From Deltaproteobacteria bacterium (GTDB lineage Bacteria; Myxococcota_A; Polyangia; Fen-1088), in assembly GCA_034439895.1 (NCBI GenBank), contig JAWXBF010000003.1, positions 6,819 to 70,818 of the forward strand: a DNA stretch of 64,000 nt, given 5' to 3'. The notes beneath the pieces were generated by a model. The model was not told where the DNA came from, did not search any database, and was given only the letters and a program-made list of their open reading frames with translations. Positions 8,887 to 18,871 of the stretch are shown piece after piece (position 1 is the first letter of the stretch; each line of letters starts with the position of its first letter). The position numbers and the translations under genes are program-made.

Positions 8887-10521
8887 ATGATCCGTTCCGA
8901 AATGACGAAGCTTGCGCCACCGGAGGCCGCGCGCAAGCTGACTCGGCAGCGGTTTCGTGGGATCTTGATAGTGTTCATCACCGGGCTCGTACTCGGGGGG
9001 TCAACGATTGCGACTGTGCTCGTGTATCGCGTATTCGCAGAGTTCAACTCGGCCGTTGAAGCCGATCTGCGCTGGAAGGCCGTGCGCGGCGCACGTGAAG
9101 TGGCCACCGCAGCCGACGTGGCCATTGCCCTTGGCGATGTGCCTATGGTTACCGAATCCTTTGGTGACTATCGCTCGGGCGGCGACATTCGGTCGGTGGT
9201 TGCGGTCGATACAAAGGGTGTGGTGATTGCGAAGCACGGCAAGGTCCTCACCCCGATTGCCCAGTTTTTTGCTGGCAAAGAGGGCGATCTTCGCCAGGAC
9301 GAGGACGGCTTTTCCTCCTGGGTGTCGTCGCGCATTGAGGGGCAAGAAGTTGGACGTGTGGCGGTTGTGATTTCAAAAGATCGCTTGAAATCAGGCTATC
9401 GTTTGCGCCAACGCTTCCTGTTGCTTGCGGCAGCGGGTTGCGTGGCTGGGATTTTGATTAGCATCTTCTTCGTGAACGCCTACATCGCGCCTTTGCTGAA
9501 ATTCACCCTGCAAACGCTCGATTCATTGACCGAATTGAATGAAACCCTGGAACAGCGGGTCTCGGTTCGCACCGCCGAGTTGTCACGGGCAAACGGCGAT
9601 CTGGCGCACAGCCTTGAGGAACTCAACAACACTCAGGTTCAGCTTGTCGATGCCTCGCGGAGGGCCGGCATGGCGGATGTGGCCACCACCGTGTTGCACA
9701 ACGTCGGCAACGTTTTGAACAGCGTCAACGTATCTTCCGAGATGATTCACGAGGCGCTTCGGACCTCGGCGGGCGCCAATCTCGATAAAATGGCCCAGTT
9801 GCTGAAGGCTCAGGGCGCCAATGTTCACAGCTTTCTTGCAACGGATCCCCGAGGTCAAAAGGTTCCAACCTTCTTGATAGCGTTATCCGAGGCGGTGTCG
9901 AAGGAACGAAACCGCGTGATGCACGAGGTTGAATCCCTGCGCGACAATATCGATCACATCAAGAACATCATCACCCGCCAGCAAGAGCTGGCCAGAGTAC
10001 GCCACGGGGTAATCGAAATAATCCCGATTCACACCGTGCTCGACTCGGTGATCCGAATGGTGCAGCCCTCTTTTGAAAAACGCAGCATTGAGATTCTAGG
10101 GACCTATACCCAGAACCCACGCAAGGTGGCGATCGATCGGCACAAACTGTTCGAGGTTTTGATGAACCTTCTGACGAATGCGCGCCAGGCGGTTGAGGAT
10201 CAGGTCGGACCCAAGCGCGTGACGATCATCGTAGAATACGACGATGAAACCCTTCGCATCGAAGTCCAGGACAACGGTTCCGGCATCGCACCCGAGAATC
10301 TGGCGCACATTTTTGAACAGGGGTTCACGACCAAGGCCAAGGGTCACGGGTTTGGCCTGCATGGGAGCGCCTGCCACATGATCGAGATGGGTGGAAAACT
10401 TCGCGCTCGCAGCGCTGGATCGGGGCTCGGTGCCACGTTTGTGGTTGAGTTGCCACTTCCGGCGGAATCCCATGAACCGATGGGCCGAACGACGCAGGAG
10501 TTGGTCGCAATTCGAGCTTGA
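8887..10521 (+). CDS. membrane sensor histidine kinase (2 TM helices, periplasmic sensor domain, coiled coil, HisKA, HATPase)
   Basis: TM helices at about residues 25-47 and 178-200. The H-box is ATTVLHNVGNVLNSV. The N/D/G boxes are LLTNARQA, DNGSGI and GHGFGLHGSACHMIEMGG. Confidence 0.85.
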   Translation: MIRSEMTKLAPPEAARKLTRQRFRGILIVFITGLVLGGSTIATVLVYRVFAEFNSAVEADLRWKAVRGAREVATAADVAIALGDVPMVTESFGDYRSGGDIRSVVAVDTKGVVIAKHGKVLTPIAQFFAGKEGDLRQDEDGFSSWVSSRIEGQEVGRVAVVISKDRLKSGYRLRQRFLLLAAAGCVAGILISIFFVNAYIAPLLKFTLQTLDSLTELNETLEQRVSVRTAELSRANGDLAHSLEELNNTQVQLVDASRRAGMADVATTVLHNVGNVLNSVNVSSEMIHEALRTSAGANLDKMAQLLKAQGANVHSFLATDPRGQKVPTFLIALSEAVSKERNRVMHEVESLRDNIDHIKNIITRQQELARVRHGVIEIIPIHTVLDSVIRMVQPSFEKRSIEILGTYTQNPRKVAIDRHKLFEVLMNLLTNARQAVEDQVGPKRVTIIVEYDDETLRIEVQDNGSGIAPENLAHIFEQGFTTKAKGHGFGLHGSACHMIEMGGKLRARSAGSGLGATFVVELPLPAESHEPMGRTTQELVAIRA

Positions 10522-10544
10522 CCGGGCTGAAACTAACCGAGTCT

Positions 10545-11225
10545 CTAAACGGAGCCGGGTGTCCGCGCGGTTCGCGTCGGCGCTTGACCGGATGGTCCCA
10601 GCATCCGCCGGTAAAGCTGGCGGGTGACGTCTCCAATGGCGGTCGCCTGACTTTTGAGGAGGATCCGCCGTACCATGGTCTTCGTGCTGTTCTGACTGAT
10701 GCTCATCACATCGGGGATCTCTTTCAAGGCGATACCCGACGAGACGTGGCGGACAAGCTCGGTTTCCCGGGGCGACAGTTGGTGCTGTTCGCTCCATTCG
10801 CCGAGGCAACGTTCAAAATCCTGTCGAAAGGAGGGTTGTCGCATGGCCTGATCGACGAAGGCCTGCAAGTTGTCCTGGCTCCAGGGTTTCCAGAGGAACT
10901 GCGCTCCCAATCTCTGGGCGCGGCTGATGTGTTCGTGTTTGCTGTGCGCTGTCAGCACCAGCGCCGGGACCCGTATCTCTTTGCGACGAAGATTTTCCAG
11001 CACGTCGAGACCCGAACCATCCGGTAGATCCACATCGAGTAAGACCCCACAGCAGCGGTGGATGTTCGACAGGAGTGCCTCGGATTCTCCGAGTGTGGTC
11101 GCGTGCCGAACCGGCGCGTATTGCCCAAGAAAACGCGCAAGCGCCATCGATACCTGCGGATCATCTTCCAGCAGGAACCAATACGGCGATGCCGTCAAAT
11201 CGCGTTCGCTACGATCCGGTGGCAC
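10545..11225 (-). CDS. response regulator, NarL/FixJ (LuxR HTH) family
   Basis: REC motifs (LLEDD, LLDVDLPDGSG, ALVLTAH) followed by a LuxR HTH (LSPRETELVRHVSSGIALKEIPDVMSISQNSTKTMVRRILLK). Confidence 0.85.
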   Translation of the reverse strand: MPPDRSERDLTASPYWFLLEDDPQVSMALARFLGQYAPVRHATTLGESEALLSNIHRCCGVLLDVDLPDGSGLDVLENLRRKEIRVPALVLTAHSKHEHISRAQRLGAQFLWKPWSQDNLQAFVDQAMRQPSFRQDFERCLGEWSEQHQLSPRETELVRHVSSGIALKEIPDVMSISQNSTKTMVRRILLKSQATAIGDVTRQLYRRMLGPSGQAPTRTARTPGSV

Positions 11226-11295
11226 GCGTTACACTCTCACTTGAAAATTCGACCATTGATCCAGGTGGTCCCCACACTGCTGCCGTTCGGCTGAA

Positions 11296-12063
11296 GTGGC
11301 AATATATCGCGGAGTGCCTGTTTTGCCCAAAAATCTAAAATTTCCGGTCGGCGCATCGGAGGTATCCGAGGTTCTCGCGGCCGAACAAACTGCGACGGCG
11401 GCTTTCGTGGCAGGCAAGGTTTTGCACGAACTGGGCAATCCTGCGGCAGCCATCAAGAGCAACCTCAGCTTCGTTTTGGATGTCTTGCCGGGTCTGGCGG
11501 TACAACTATCGGGTCCGGATCGGGAGACCTTCGAGGAAGCCGTTGCCGCGGTACGGGAAACCGAGCAGGCCAATGACGCGCTGGTCGCACGGCTTGAACA
11601 GCTGCGGGCTGCTGACACCAACTTCGCCGCAGGTCCCACGACAGACATCGTCGTTCTGGCGCAGCGTTTCGCCGCTCCGGCGGGCGGTCCCATGTTCAAC
11701 TGCACGCTGTCCAACGCCGAGCCAGGGCTCATGATCATGGGCACTCCGGCCGTCTGGTCGGTAGTTTTCTTTCGTGTTGCCGCGATCCTGAAGGGTGGGG
11801 ACACCTTGGGTGTTGGCGTTGAACTTGAACTGGCGCGGGTCGGGTCCGAGTTGGAGCTTCGGTTTTCAAGCGCAAGCTGGTCCACGATTGCGGGTACCCC
11901 CCTTGAAGGCGTGGCCCCCTTTGTCCTCGCCCGGAAAGTCCGTCACGCGCGCATCGACGAGACGGCCCTGGACGACTTGCTGGGGCGACTCCAGGGTCGG
12001 TTGCAGAGGTCAGGATCGAGCGGCGCGTTGTTGGGGTTGACGATAACTGTTCCGTTGAAATGA
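11296..12063 (+). CDS. histidine-kinase-like protein with a HisKA-type H-box but a degenerate or absent ATPase (N/D/G) domain
   Basis: The H-box GKVLHELGNPAAAIKSNLSF is from the same family as the neighbouring HKs. The C-terminal half has no recognisable N, D or G boxes. Its stop overlaps the start of the next gene (ATGA). Confidence 0.45.
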   Translation: MAIYRGVPVLPKNLKFPVGASEVSEVLAAEQTATAAFVAGKVLHELGNPAAAIKSNLSFVLDVLPGLAVQLSGPDRETFEEAVAAVRETEQANDALVARLEQLRAADTNFAAGPTTDIVVLAQRFAAPAGGPMFNCTLSNAEPGLMIMGTPAVWSVVFFRVAAILKGGDTLGVGVELELARVGSELELRFSSASWSTIAGTPLEGVAPFVLARKVRHARIDETALDDLLGRLQGRLQRSGSSGALLGLTITVPLK

Positions 12064-13331
12064 CGCACACGACCCGACGCCAACTTTGGGGTGACGCTCC
12101 ACAACAGTTTTCTGACGCGTCTGTCGATGGGAAAGCGGGTGACCAAATGGCCAATGTGATTGGGTCGGTGTTGATAGCTGACGACGATCCGACGATTCTT
12201 CGTACACTCAAGCGGGCGTTGTCCGCGCTGGGATACGACGTGAGAACGGCAGACAATGGCAACGTGGCCGTGGAGGACACTCGCCAGTTTTCGTTCGACG
12301 CAATCATTGCCGACATCGATATGCCAGGCATGACAGGCATCGAGATGTTGAAGGCCGTTCGCGCGAGCGATCCCGATGTTCCCGTGTTGCTAATCACGGG
12401 CGATCCGGGTCTGGACACGGCCATGCGTGCCGTCCGATACGGCGCGTTTCGATACCTTCCGAAGCCCATCGAGATGGACGAGCTTGCCGAATCGCTGGCA
12501 TTTGCCGTTCAGGTTCACCGTTTGGCTCGCATCAAACGCGAGGCCCTGGCGCTGTTTGGCGAAAATGATCGTCAGGCCTCCGATCTTGCGGGACTCGAAC
12601 GCGATTTTGATTGCGCGATGTCTTCGATGTGGATGGCGTTTCAGCCGATCGTTTCGTGGCGCCAAAAGAAAATTATTGGATACGAAGCCTTGCTGCGCTC
12701 AGTTGAGCCGGCGTTGCCACATCCCGGCGCAATCCTCAGTGCTGCTGAACGACTCGATCGCATGCGTGAACTGGGCAACCGCGTGAGGGAGGCGTCTGCC
12801 GCGGAAATGACCGACCTTGCGCCCGATTTGACCGTGTTCGTGAATCTGGCGGCGCAAGATCTGGCAGACGAGTCGTTGTACTCAAATGTAGCACCCTTGT
12901 CGAAGGTGGCTTCGCGCGTGGTACTTGAAATCACCGAGCGCGTGAATCTCGATGGGATCTCGGATATCGAACGACGGATGTCCGCGTTGCGCGAGCTGGG
13001 CTTCCGCCTGGCGGTGGACGATCTCGGTGCCGGCTACGCAGGGCTCACAAGCTTCGTGAAGATTCGGCCGGATATCGTCAAGGTGGACATGAGTCTTGTG
13101 CGCAACATTCACCTGGACGCGGCCAAACGCAAGTTGGTGGGTGCTCTCATCGATCTCTCAACGAGCATGGGCATTCAAACCGTCATTGAGGGTATCGAGA
13201 ACGCCGATGAACTTGCCGTGGTGGTCGAGCTTGGCGCCGACCTGATGCAGGGCTTTCATTTCGCCGTTCCTGGCATTCCTTTCCCGACCGTTCCTCCCGC
13301 TCGTTTTGATCTGAAAAATTCCGAGAGCTGA
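12060..13331 (+). CDS. response regulator with EAL c-di-GMP phosphodiesterase domain (REC-EAL)
   Basis: REC (LIADDDP, IADIDMPGMTG, LLITG) and EAL catalytic residues (EALLR, FVNLA, EITER, DDLGAGYAG, KVD, EGIE, QGF) are all present. Confidence 0.9.
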   Translation: MTHTTRRQLWGDAPQQFSDASVDGKAGDQMANVIGSVLIADDDPTILRTLKRALSALGYDVRTADNGNVAVEDTRQFSFDAIIADIDMPGMTGIEMLKAVRASDPDVPVLLITGDPGLDTAMRAVRYGAFRYLPKPIEMDELAESLAFAVQVHRLARIKREALALFGENDRQASDLAGLERDFDCAMSSMWMAFQPIVSWRQKKIIGYEALLRSVEPALPHPGAILSAAERLDRMRELGNRVREASAAEMTDLAPDLTVFVNLAAQDLADESLYSNVAPLSKVASRVVLEITERVNLDGISDIERRMSALRELGFRLAVDDLGAGYAGLTSFVKIRPDIVKVDMSLVRNIHLDAAKRKLVGALIDLSTSMGIQTVIEGIENADELAVVVELGADLMQGFHFAVPGIPFPTVPPARFDLKNSES

Positions 13332-13335
13332 ACCC

Positions 13336-15345
13336 ATGAGAGCCAATCCTGCAGCCAAGGACCCTATGCCGAATCCCACTGCGCCGACCGGCTATCGCGT
13401 CCTCATCATTGATGACAATCCCGCAATCCACGAAGACATTCGCAAGATTCTGATTCCGTCTGCAAGGCGAGATGAATTGCTCGATCAGATGAGCGCCGAG
13501 TTATTTGGAGAGGTTGCACCAAAGGCCGATTTTTCGATGGTATTCAAAGCCGACTCGGCCTTGCAGGGCAAAGAAGGCTACGAGATGGTCAAGGCCAAGT
13601 TGGCCGCCGGCGAGCCCTACATGTTGGCGTTTGTGGACGTTCGAATGCCGCCGGGTTGGGATGGCATCGAGACCATCGAGCATCTGTGGAACGCGGATCC
13701 TTCGCTCCAGATCGTCTTGTGCACCGCGTACTCGGACCACTCCTGGAAAGAGATCTCACAACGCTTGCCACGCCTCGATGGGTGGCTGGTGCTGAAGAAG
13801 CCTTTCGATACCATCGAAGTTCTGCAGAGCGCCCACTCTCTGGCCAGCAAGTGGATGCTGGGCGAGCAACTCCGGCACGAATTTCAGGACCTTGAGGGGA
13901 TCGTTGCGGATCGCACCAAGGAACTCAAGCTCATCAATGAAAGATTGATGCACGAGATCACGGAACGCAAGGCGGCCGAGACCAATCTCAAACACCTGGC
14001 AACCCATGATGCGTTGACCGGGCTTTCCAATCGTTTGTTGTTGCGCGATCGACTGGATCTTGCCGTGGCGCGCGGGCGACGATTCAAGACTCCCACCGCC
14101 CTGATGATGTTGGACCTTGATGGCTTCAAAGAAGTCAATGACTCTCTCGGGCACGAAGCCGGCGACGCGTTGCTTAAAACAATGGCATCGAGACTCAAGA
14201 AGGCGGCCCGTGAATGTGATACGGTTTCCCGATTCGGCGGCGACGAGTTTGTCATCTTGCTCACTGATCTGGCAAACGAGGACGATACGCGCGTGGTGGC
14301 GGAAAGGGTTTTGGCCTCGGTGGCCGAGCCCGTTCCCTTTGGGGGCCAAAGCCTGTCGGTGACCACCAGCATTGGTATCGCGGTGTTCCCGCGCGACGGA
14401 GAAGATGCCGAGACCTTGCTCAAATGCGCCGACATCGCCATGTACGAAGCCAAGGCGGGTGGTCGCAATGGGTATCGTCACTACGTTGCAGGGACCGCCG
14501 TCAAGCTGACCGAACGAATGGCGCTGCGCGACGATCTAAAGCGCGCAATCGAAAACGACGAGCTGGATCTGCAATACCAGCCGCTCATTGATTTGAGAGA
14601 CGAATCCATTGTGGGCATCGAGGCCCTGTTGCGCTGGAACCACCCAATACACGGCGTCATCGATCCGATGCGCTTTCTGCCCAATGCCGAGGAATCCGGA
14701 CAAATCGGTTCGATTGGCAAATGGGTCGTTGAAAAGGCCTGTCGACAAAGCATGCTCTGGCGCCGGAAGGGCCTGCGACCGGTGCCGATGGCCGTCAATT
14801 TGACTGCCGCAGAGCTCGAGCGCGAAGACCTGGCATCGATGATAGAGGGTATATTGAAGGACACTGGGCTTGATCCCAAAGCGTTGCAGATCGAAGTCAC
14901 AGAAACCGCAGCCACCCGAAATTTGGAACTGTCGGAACGAAATCTCGTAAGCCTTTCGAATATGGGTGTTGGCATCGTCATCGACGATTTTGGTGCGGGA
15001 ACTTCTTCGTTGCGGCGCCTCAAACGATTGCCGGTGGACGCGATCAAGATCGATCGGCTGTTTATCAAGAATATCGCCGAAGATCCGCGGGATGCCGCCA
15101 TCGTTGCGGCGGTGGTGTCGCTCGCCCGATCGCTTGGCATTCGTGTGATAGCTGAAGGGATCGAGACCCGTGCTCAGCTTGAATTCCTGCGCGGGCTGAA
15201 GTGGCAGGTGCCCTCCGAGTTGCAGTGTCAGGCCGGGCAGGGGTTCCTGTTCTCGCGGCCGATCTCGGCACGTGAGATCGAGCGCATAATGGGCGAAGAC
15301 CGCGTCAGCGAATCCGATACACCCCGCATCAAGGACGAAAGGTAG
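13336..15345 (+). CDS. response regulator with GGDEF and EAL domains (REC-GGDEF-EAL)
   Basis: REC (LIIDDNP, FVDVRMPPGWDG); GGDEF with an I-site (RECD-TVSRF-GGDEF); EAL (EALLRWNHP, EVTET, DDFGAGTSSL, EGIE). Confidence 0.9.
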   Translation: MRANPAAKDPMPNPTAPTGYRVLIIDDNPAIHEDIRKILIPSARRDELLDQMSAELFGEVAPKADFSMVFKADSALQGKEGYEMVKAKLAAGEPYMLAFVDVRMPPGWDGIETIEHLWNADPSLQIVLCTAYSDHSWKEISQRLPRLDGWLVLKKPFDTIEVLQSAHSLASKWMLGEQLRHEFQDLEGIVADRTKELKLINERLMHEITERKAAETNLKHLATHDALTGLSNRLLLRDRLDLAVARGRRFKTPTALMMLDLDGFKEVNDSLGHEAGDALLKTMASRLKKAARECDTVSRFGGDEFVILLTDLANEDDTRVVAERVLASVAEPVPFGGQSLSVTTSIGIAVFPRDGEDAETLLKCADIAMYEAKAGGRNGYRHYVAGTAVKLTERMALRDDLKRAIENDELDLQYQPLIDLRDESIVGIEALLRWNHPIHGVIDPMRFLPNAEESGQIGSIGKWVVEKACRQSMLWRRKGLRPVPMAVNLTAAELEREDLASMIEGILKDTGLDPKALQIEVTETAATRNLELSERNLVSLSNMGVGIVIDDFGAGTSSLRRLKRLPVDAIKIDRLFIKNIAEDPRDAAIVAAVVSLARSLGIRVIAEGIETRAQLEFLRGLKWQVPSELQCQAGQGFLFSRPISAREIERIMGEDRVSESDTPRIKDER

Positions 15346-15355
15346 CGGGACGGTC

Positions 15356-16273
15356 GTGAAGGCGCCCGAGTCCAATACCGGCTCGTCCGTGCAAAACGGA
15401 GAACCGGATCCCACAACAGCTTTGCCACAGGGCACGGAAGCCATGTGGCGCCTGGCGTTGAATGCCCAAGCCGCAAACGGCATATTGCACAACCTCGGCA
15501 ATGTGATGACGAGTGTTAGCATTACGACCGACATGACTGTCGACCTCGTAGAAGGTTCAAGCGTGTCGAACGTTCGTCGGGTGGTTGAACTCATGCGGTC
15601 AAGGCAAGACGACTTGGCGACCTTCCTGACCATGGACGACAAAGGTCGATCCGTGTTGCCTTTCCTTGACCGGCTCGCCACCACATTGGAGGACGAGCGC
15701 CACGAATTGGCCGAAGAGCTAGGTCGGCTGCGTGAGCAACTGGGCCATGCGCGTCGAATCCTGAATCGTCACCAACAACTTTCTCATGCAAGTGGCGTGA
15801 CGGAGGTCTGCCGTCCCGGTGAGATGATTGAACAGGCGATTGAACTTGCGCTTCCGGACGGAACACGTGGAGATATGCGGGTATGGAATGATTGCGAAAC
15901 GGCAACTCGCCTCGTGGTCGATCGCCAGCTTGTGCTTCAAATCCTGGTGAACCTGTTGCGCAACGCCAAGGACGCGATTCACGTCGCAGAGGGTCGCGTC
16001 GGTCAGATTCGAATCAATGCGTTCACAACTGACACCGGCAAGATCCAATTTGAGGTCAGTGACAACGGCGCGGGAATTTCACCCGAGAATAAGCAACGCT
16101 TGTTCGCCTATCGATTTACCACGAAGAAGGGCGGCAACGGTCTTGGGCTTTATTCTAGCGGCATCGCAGCGCAGGAGCTCGGCGGTCGTCTGACCTGTAC
16201 AAGTCCACCAGGCAATGATGGGGCGACCTTTGTTCTCGAGCTGCCCGTGGTGTTGTCCGAGGGGCAACTCTAA
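15356..16273 (+). CDS. cytoplasmic histidine kinase (paralogue of the 8887 HK)
   Basis: H-box GILHNLGNVMTSVS, N box LLRNAKDA, D box DNGAGI, G box GGNGLGLYSSGIAAQELGG, and no TM segments. Confidence 0.8.
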   Translation: MKAPESNTGSSVQNGEPDPTTALPQGTEAMWRLALNAQAANGILHNLGNVMTSVSITTDMTVDLVEGSSVSNVRRVVELMRSRQDDLATFLTMDDKGRSVLPFLDRLATTLEDERHELAEELGRLREQLGHARRILNRHQQLSHASGVTEVCRPGEMIEQAIELALPDGTRGDMRVWNDCETATRLVVDRQLVLQILVNLLRNAKDAIHVAEGRVGQIRINAFTTDTGKIQFEVSDNGAGISPENKQRLFAYRFTTKKGGNGLGLYSSGIAAQELGGRLTCTSPPGNDGATFVLELPVVLSEGQL

Positions 16274-17307
16274 CGTCCGGATTGGCGGGTAACGAAGGTC
16301 CACTCGAAGGTGACCGGTTTGCCTCCCCTCGAGCCCGCCAGGCGAACGCGATAGCGTGTCATTCCACGCAGCGGTTCGTGGGTGTAGAGGAAATATTCGT
16401 CTTGCAGCAAGTCCGCTGCCACGGGATCCCCGGGGCCCACGAAGTGGTGAGCCAGATTTTGCTCGGTGCCATCAACCACGATGGAATGTTCCGTGATGGC
16501 AACGCCGGGGGCATGCAGGCTGACAGGATAGCCGCTTGGCCAGCCGCGCGGCGGTTCGGGCGGTAACGGTGATTCGTTGCCGTCAAACTCGGTCGGCACG
16601 TTGCTTTGGCCCGGTGCCGGATAGTAGATGGTCGAGCTTTTGTCGGTTGTACTGAGTCTGGAAAAATCCATCGTGTCGCAGAGGTTGACTGTGCCGTAGC
16701 CGACGGTCGCCACTTCGTGGGACAAAAGCGGTACACGATGCCAGACTGAGTTGAGCCACAGATCGACCGCCCATGCGCCGTCGCCGACATAGGCCATTAC
16801 CTCGTAGATGCCTTCTCCGTTGTACCCGGCTTTTTTGATGCGGTCGGTGAACCGCTCGCCTGTGAAGCCGGGGCATCCCGTTATCTCCCGATGGGGATTC
16901 AGCACGCATTCGGCCTTGGTTTCGTTCTGGCTGTAATAGTCGCAATGTTTCTTGGCTGCGGACGCTATTGCAGATTGATACGCAACACAGGGCAGCCCGA
17001 CGCCGGTTCGCAATGTATTCAGTCGGTCGAACGCGCGTTCCGCTTCGGTTCCAATTGTTGCGCCTGGGCCCGGACATTTGTGCGGCGCGAAGGGTAGTGC
17101 TTGGACCACCGGGTTGGGAAGTTCGCCGTCGTTGAGGCGAGATGGCATGGCGTCTGTCACCCCGGCGTCCGAGCGCGGCGTAAGCCGTCGATCCAGGATT
17201 GCCCCGTCGGTGAATGCCGGGACAATCTGGGCGATTGACGTGAAATCCGGACCGCAGGCAGATCCCAGCGCGAGGGAACAGAAGGCGACGCACGCAGACA
17301 GATGCAT
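16270..17307 (-). CDS. secreted CAP/SCP (PR-1-like) domain lipoprotein with a C-terminal extension
   Basis: Lipoprotein signal LALGSAC and the CAP motif WLNSVWHRVPLLSHEVATVGYG (HRxxLL), with a Cys-rich region. Confidence 0.5.
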   Translation of the reverse strand: MHLSACVAFCSLALGSACGPDFTSIAQIVPAFTDGAILDRRLTPRSDAGVTDAMPSRLNDGELPNPVVQALPFAPHKCPGPGATIGTEAERAFDRLNTLRTGVGLPCVAYQSAIASAAKKHCDYYSQNETKAECVLNPHREITGCPGFTGERFTDRIKKAGYNGEGIYEVMAYVGDGAWAVDLWLNSVWHRVPLLSHEVATVGYGTVNLCDTMDFSRLSTTDKSSTIYYPAPGQSNVPTEFDGNESPLPPEPPRGWPSGYPVSLHAPGVAITEHSIVVDGTEQNLAHHFVGPGDPVAADLLQDEYFLYTHEPLRGMTRYRVRLAGSRGGKPVTFEWTFVTRQSGR

Positions 17308-17310
17308 CGA

Positions 17311-18537
17311 TCAATATCGCTTGTAGAAGCGTTCCCAGGCCATCTTGTCGATGCCCGGAAGCGCGAAGAGCCGAACTTCGCTCATATTCGTTGTGTCGGA
17401 CTCGGTCAGCAAGATGCGACCGGAAACGGTGAGTGCGGGTTGCCCTTCTTCGGTGATTTCGACGCGCGACACCCCGCCTTCGGGCATGGGAGACGGGCAG
17501 GTGCAGATAAAGCCTTCTTCGGTGATGGTCGTAATTCGACAATCGACATCACCGTTCGAGCGGTGCCAACGTGCGGGGAGGTCAACCGTCTTGCGGTTTC
17601 CTTGCAGCAAGGAACTCGGGCGATTGATGCGTGCAGGCATGTGTTGCCAGGTAGGGTTCGCGCCGCCGAGGCTGTTGACGAATGACGGGATTAGCGGAAG
17701 CGTCTCCATGAGCGCGTCGGCTTCTCGATCATTTTGGATGGACGCGAGTTGGGTCAAGTCATGTGGAAGTAAGTATGGACAGTCTTCAATCAACTTGACG
17801 ATTTCGTCGGTTGCCACCATGACGTCGACGACGTTGCGATGTTCGCGTGCTGCTCCGGGCTCGTGGTGGTGGGCGATGGATTCACGCAACAGCGCCGAGA
17901 GATTCCACTTGGTTGCAACGAGTCCGCCGATCTGGACGTGGAATGAATCGACGACATCCATCCATTCCTGTGTGGTCAGATTGCCAGAGAATTTTCGCTC
18001 GATCAGTATTGTTTCTAGCCCCACGACAGCGACCAGACGGCCAATATCGTGAAGTAATCCGGCCATAAAGCCATGGTCTGCGTTTAATCGTCTGTAATAC
18101 GCCAGCGACTCTGCGATGATGGCGCTTGTCAGCGATTGACGCCAGATGGTTTGTCGCAGGATTGACAGGGGACTTGTCTGCATGACGGCATGGCCGAGCG
18201 TCGCGGCGATCGCGATTCGACATGCTTCGTCGGCTCCCAGGGTTGCGACCGCGCGCTCAACGGTGGATACCTCGACACCACTTCGTTTGAAGTGCACAGA
18301 ATTCGCAACACGCAGCATCGCGGCTGCAAGCGCCTGGTCCTTCTTGATGACGCCTGCGAGATCGGTCATTCGATACTCGCCGCTGCTCACCAATTGCCGC
18401 AGTTTCATGGCGACGGCGGGAAAGGGGGGAATGTCCAGCGTTCCCGTCTCCGCTTTTTGAGAAAGGTAGAGTCGAAGGTGATCCGCCGAGATCGGAACAG
18501 GGCTCTTGGGGGATAGCACGGTGTTCATGATGACCAC
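17311..18537 (-). CDS. HDOD-domain protein with a C-terminal, possibly PilZ-like, beta domain
   Basis: HDOD core (MLRVANSVHF...GLLHDIGRLV). The C-terminus carries R-rich and TITEEGF motifs that loosely resemble PilZ RxxxR...DxSxxG. Confidence 0.7.
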   Translation of the reverse strand: MVIMNTVLSPKSPVPISADHLRLYLSQKAETGTLDIPPFPAVAMKLRQLVSSGEYRMTDLAGVIKKDQALAAAMLRVANSVHFKRSGVEVSTVERAVATLGADEACRIAIAATLGHAVMQTSPLSILRQTIWRQSLTSAIIAESLAYYRRLNADHGFMAGLLHDIGRLVAVVGLETILIERKFSGNLTTQEWMDVVDSFHVQIGGLVATKWNLSALLRESIAHHHEPGAAREHRNVVDVMVATDEIVKLIEDCPYLLPHDLTQLASIQNDREADALMETLPLIPSFVNSLGGANPTWQHMPARINRPSSLLQGNRKTVDLPARWHRSNGDVDCRITTITEEGFICTCPSPMPEGGVSRVEITEEGQPALTVSGRILLTESDTTNMSEVRLFALPGIDKMAWERFYKRY

Positions 18538-18553
18538 AGCTCCATCGGCGGAA

Positions 18554-18871
18554 TCAGGGCACAGCCGAAGGGATCCGGCGCCGAATGTGGCGGGCAGCTT
18601 GCATCCGCTGGTTCAGCACGTGGCGCGCTCGGTCAAGGGCAGCCTGCCAGCGCGCGTCCCGGTCGTTGATCTCCGCAAGAACGGCCTGTCCTTCTCCCTC
18701 CACCGCACTGCTGTTCGCCATCACCTGTTGTAAGAGCGCGAGGCTCTCTTCGCGCGCTTCGGTCATCTGTTGCGCCAATGCAATCACGTCGCTCGGATCG
18801 GTCTCCCCATCGGGCGGCTCCGGGGTCGCTGCCAACACATCAAGCAACGCCTGCATGGCGAGCCCGTTCAT
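18554..18871 (-). CDS. small alpha-helical protein in the fliD-fliS operon, possibly a FliT-like chaperone
   Basis: Assigned by position only (immediately after fliS; 105 aa, acidic, helical). It has no diagnostic motif. Confidence 0.3.
   Translation of the reverse strand: MNGLAMQALLDVLAATPEPPDGETDPSDVIALAQQMTEAREESLALLQQVMANSSAVEGEGQAVLAEINDRDARWQAALDRARHVLNQRMQAARHIRRRIPSAVP

Noticed and set aside
8067-9125. 352-aa minus-strand ORF overlapping the PilZ and histidine kinase genes
   Set aside because: It has no domain signatures, and the opposite-strand genes carry unambiguous PilZ and HK motifs.
14536-15684. 382-aa antisense ORF across the GGDEF-EAL and HK genes
   Set aside because: It is a spurious GC-frame ORF. 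The sense frame carries intact GGDEF/EAL catalytic motifs.
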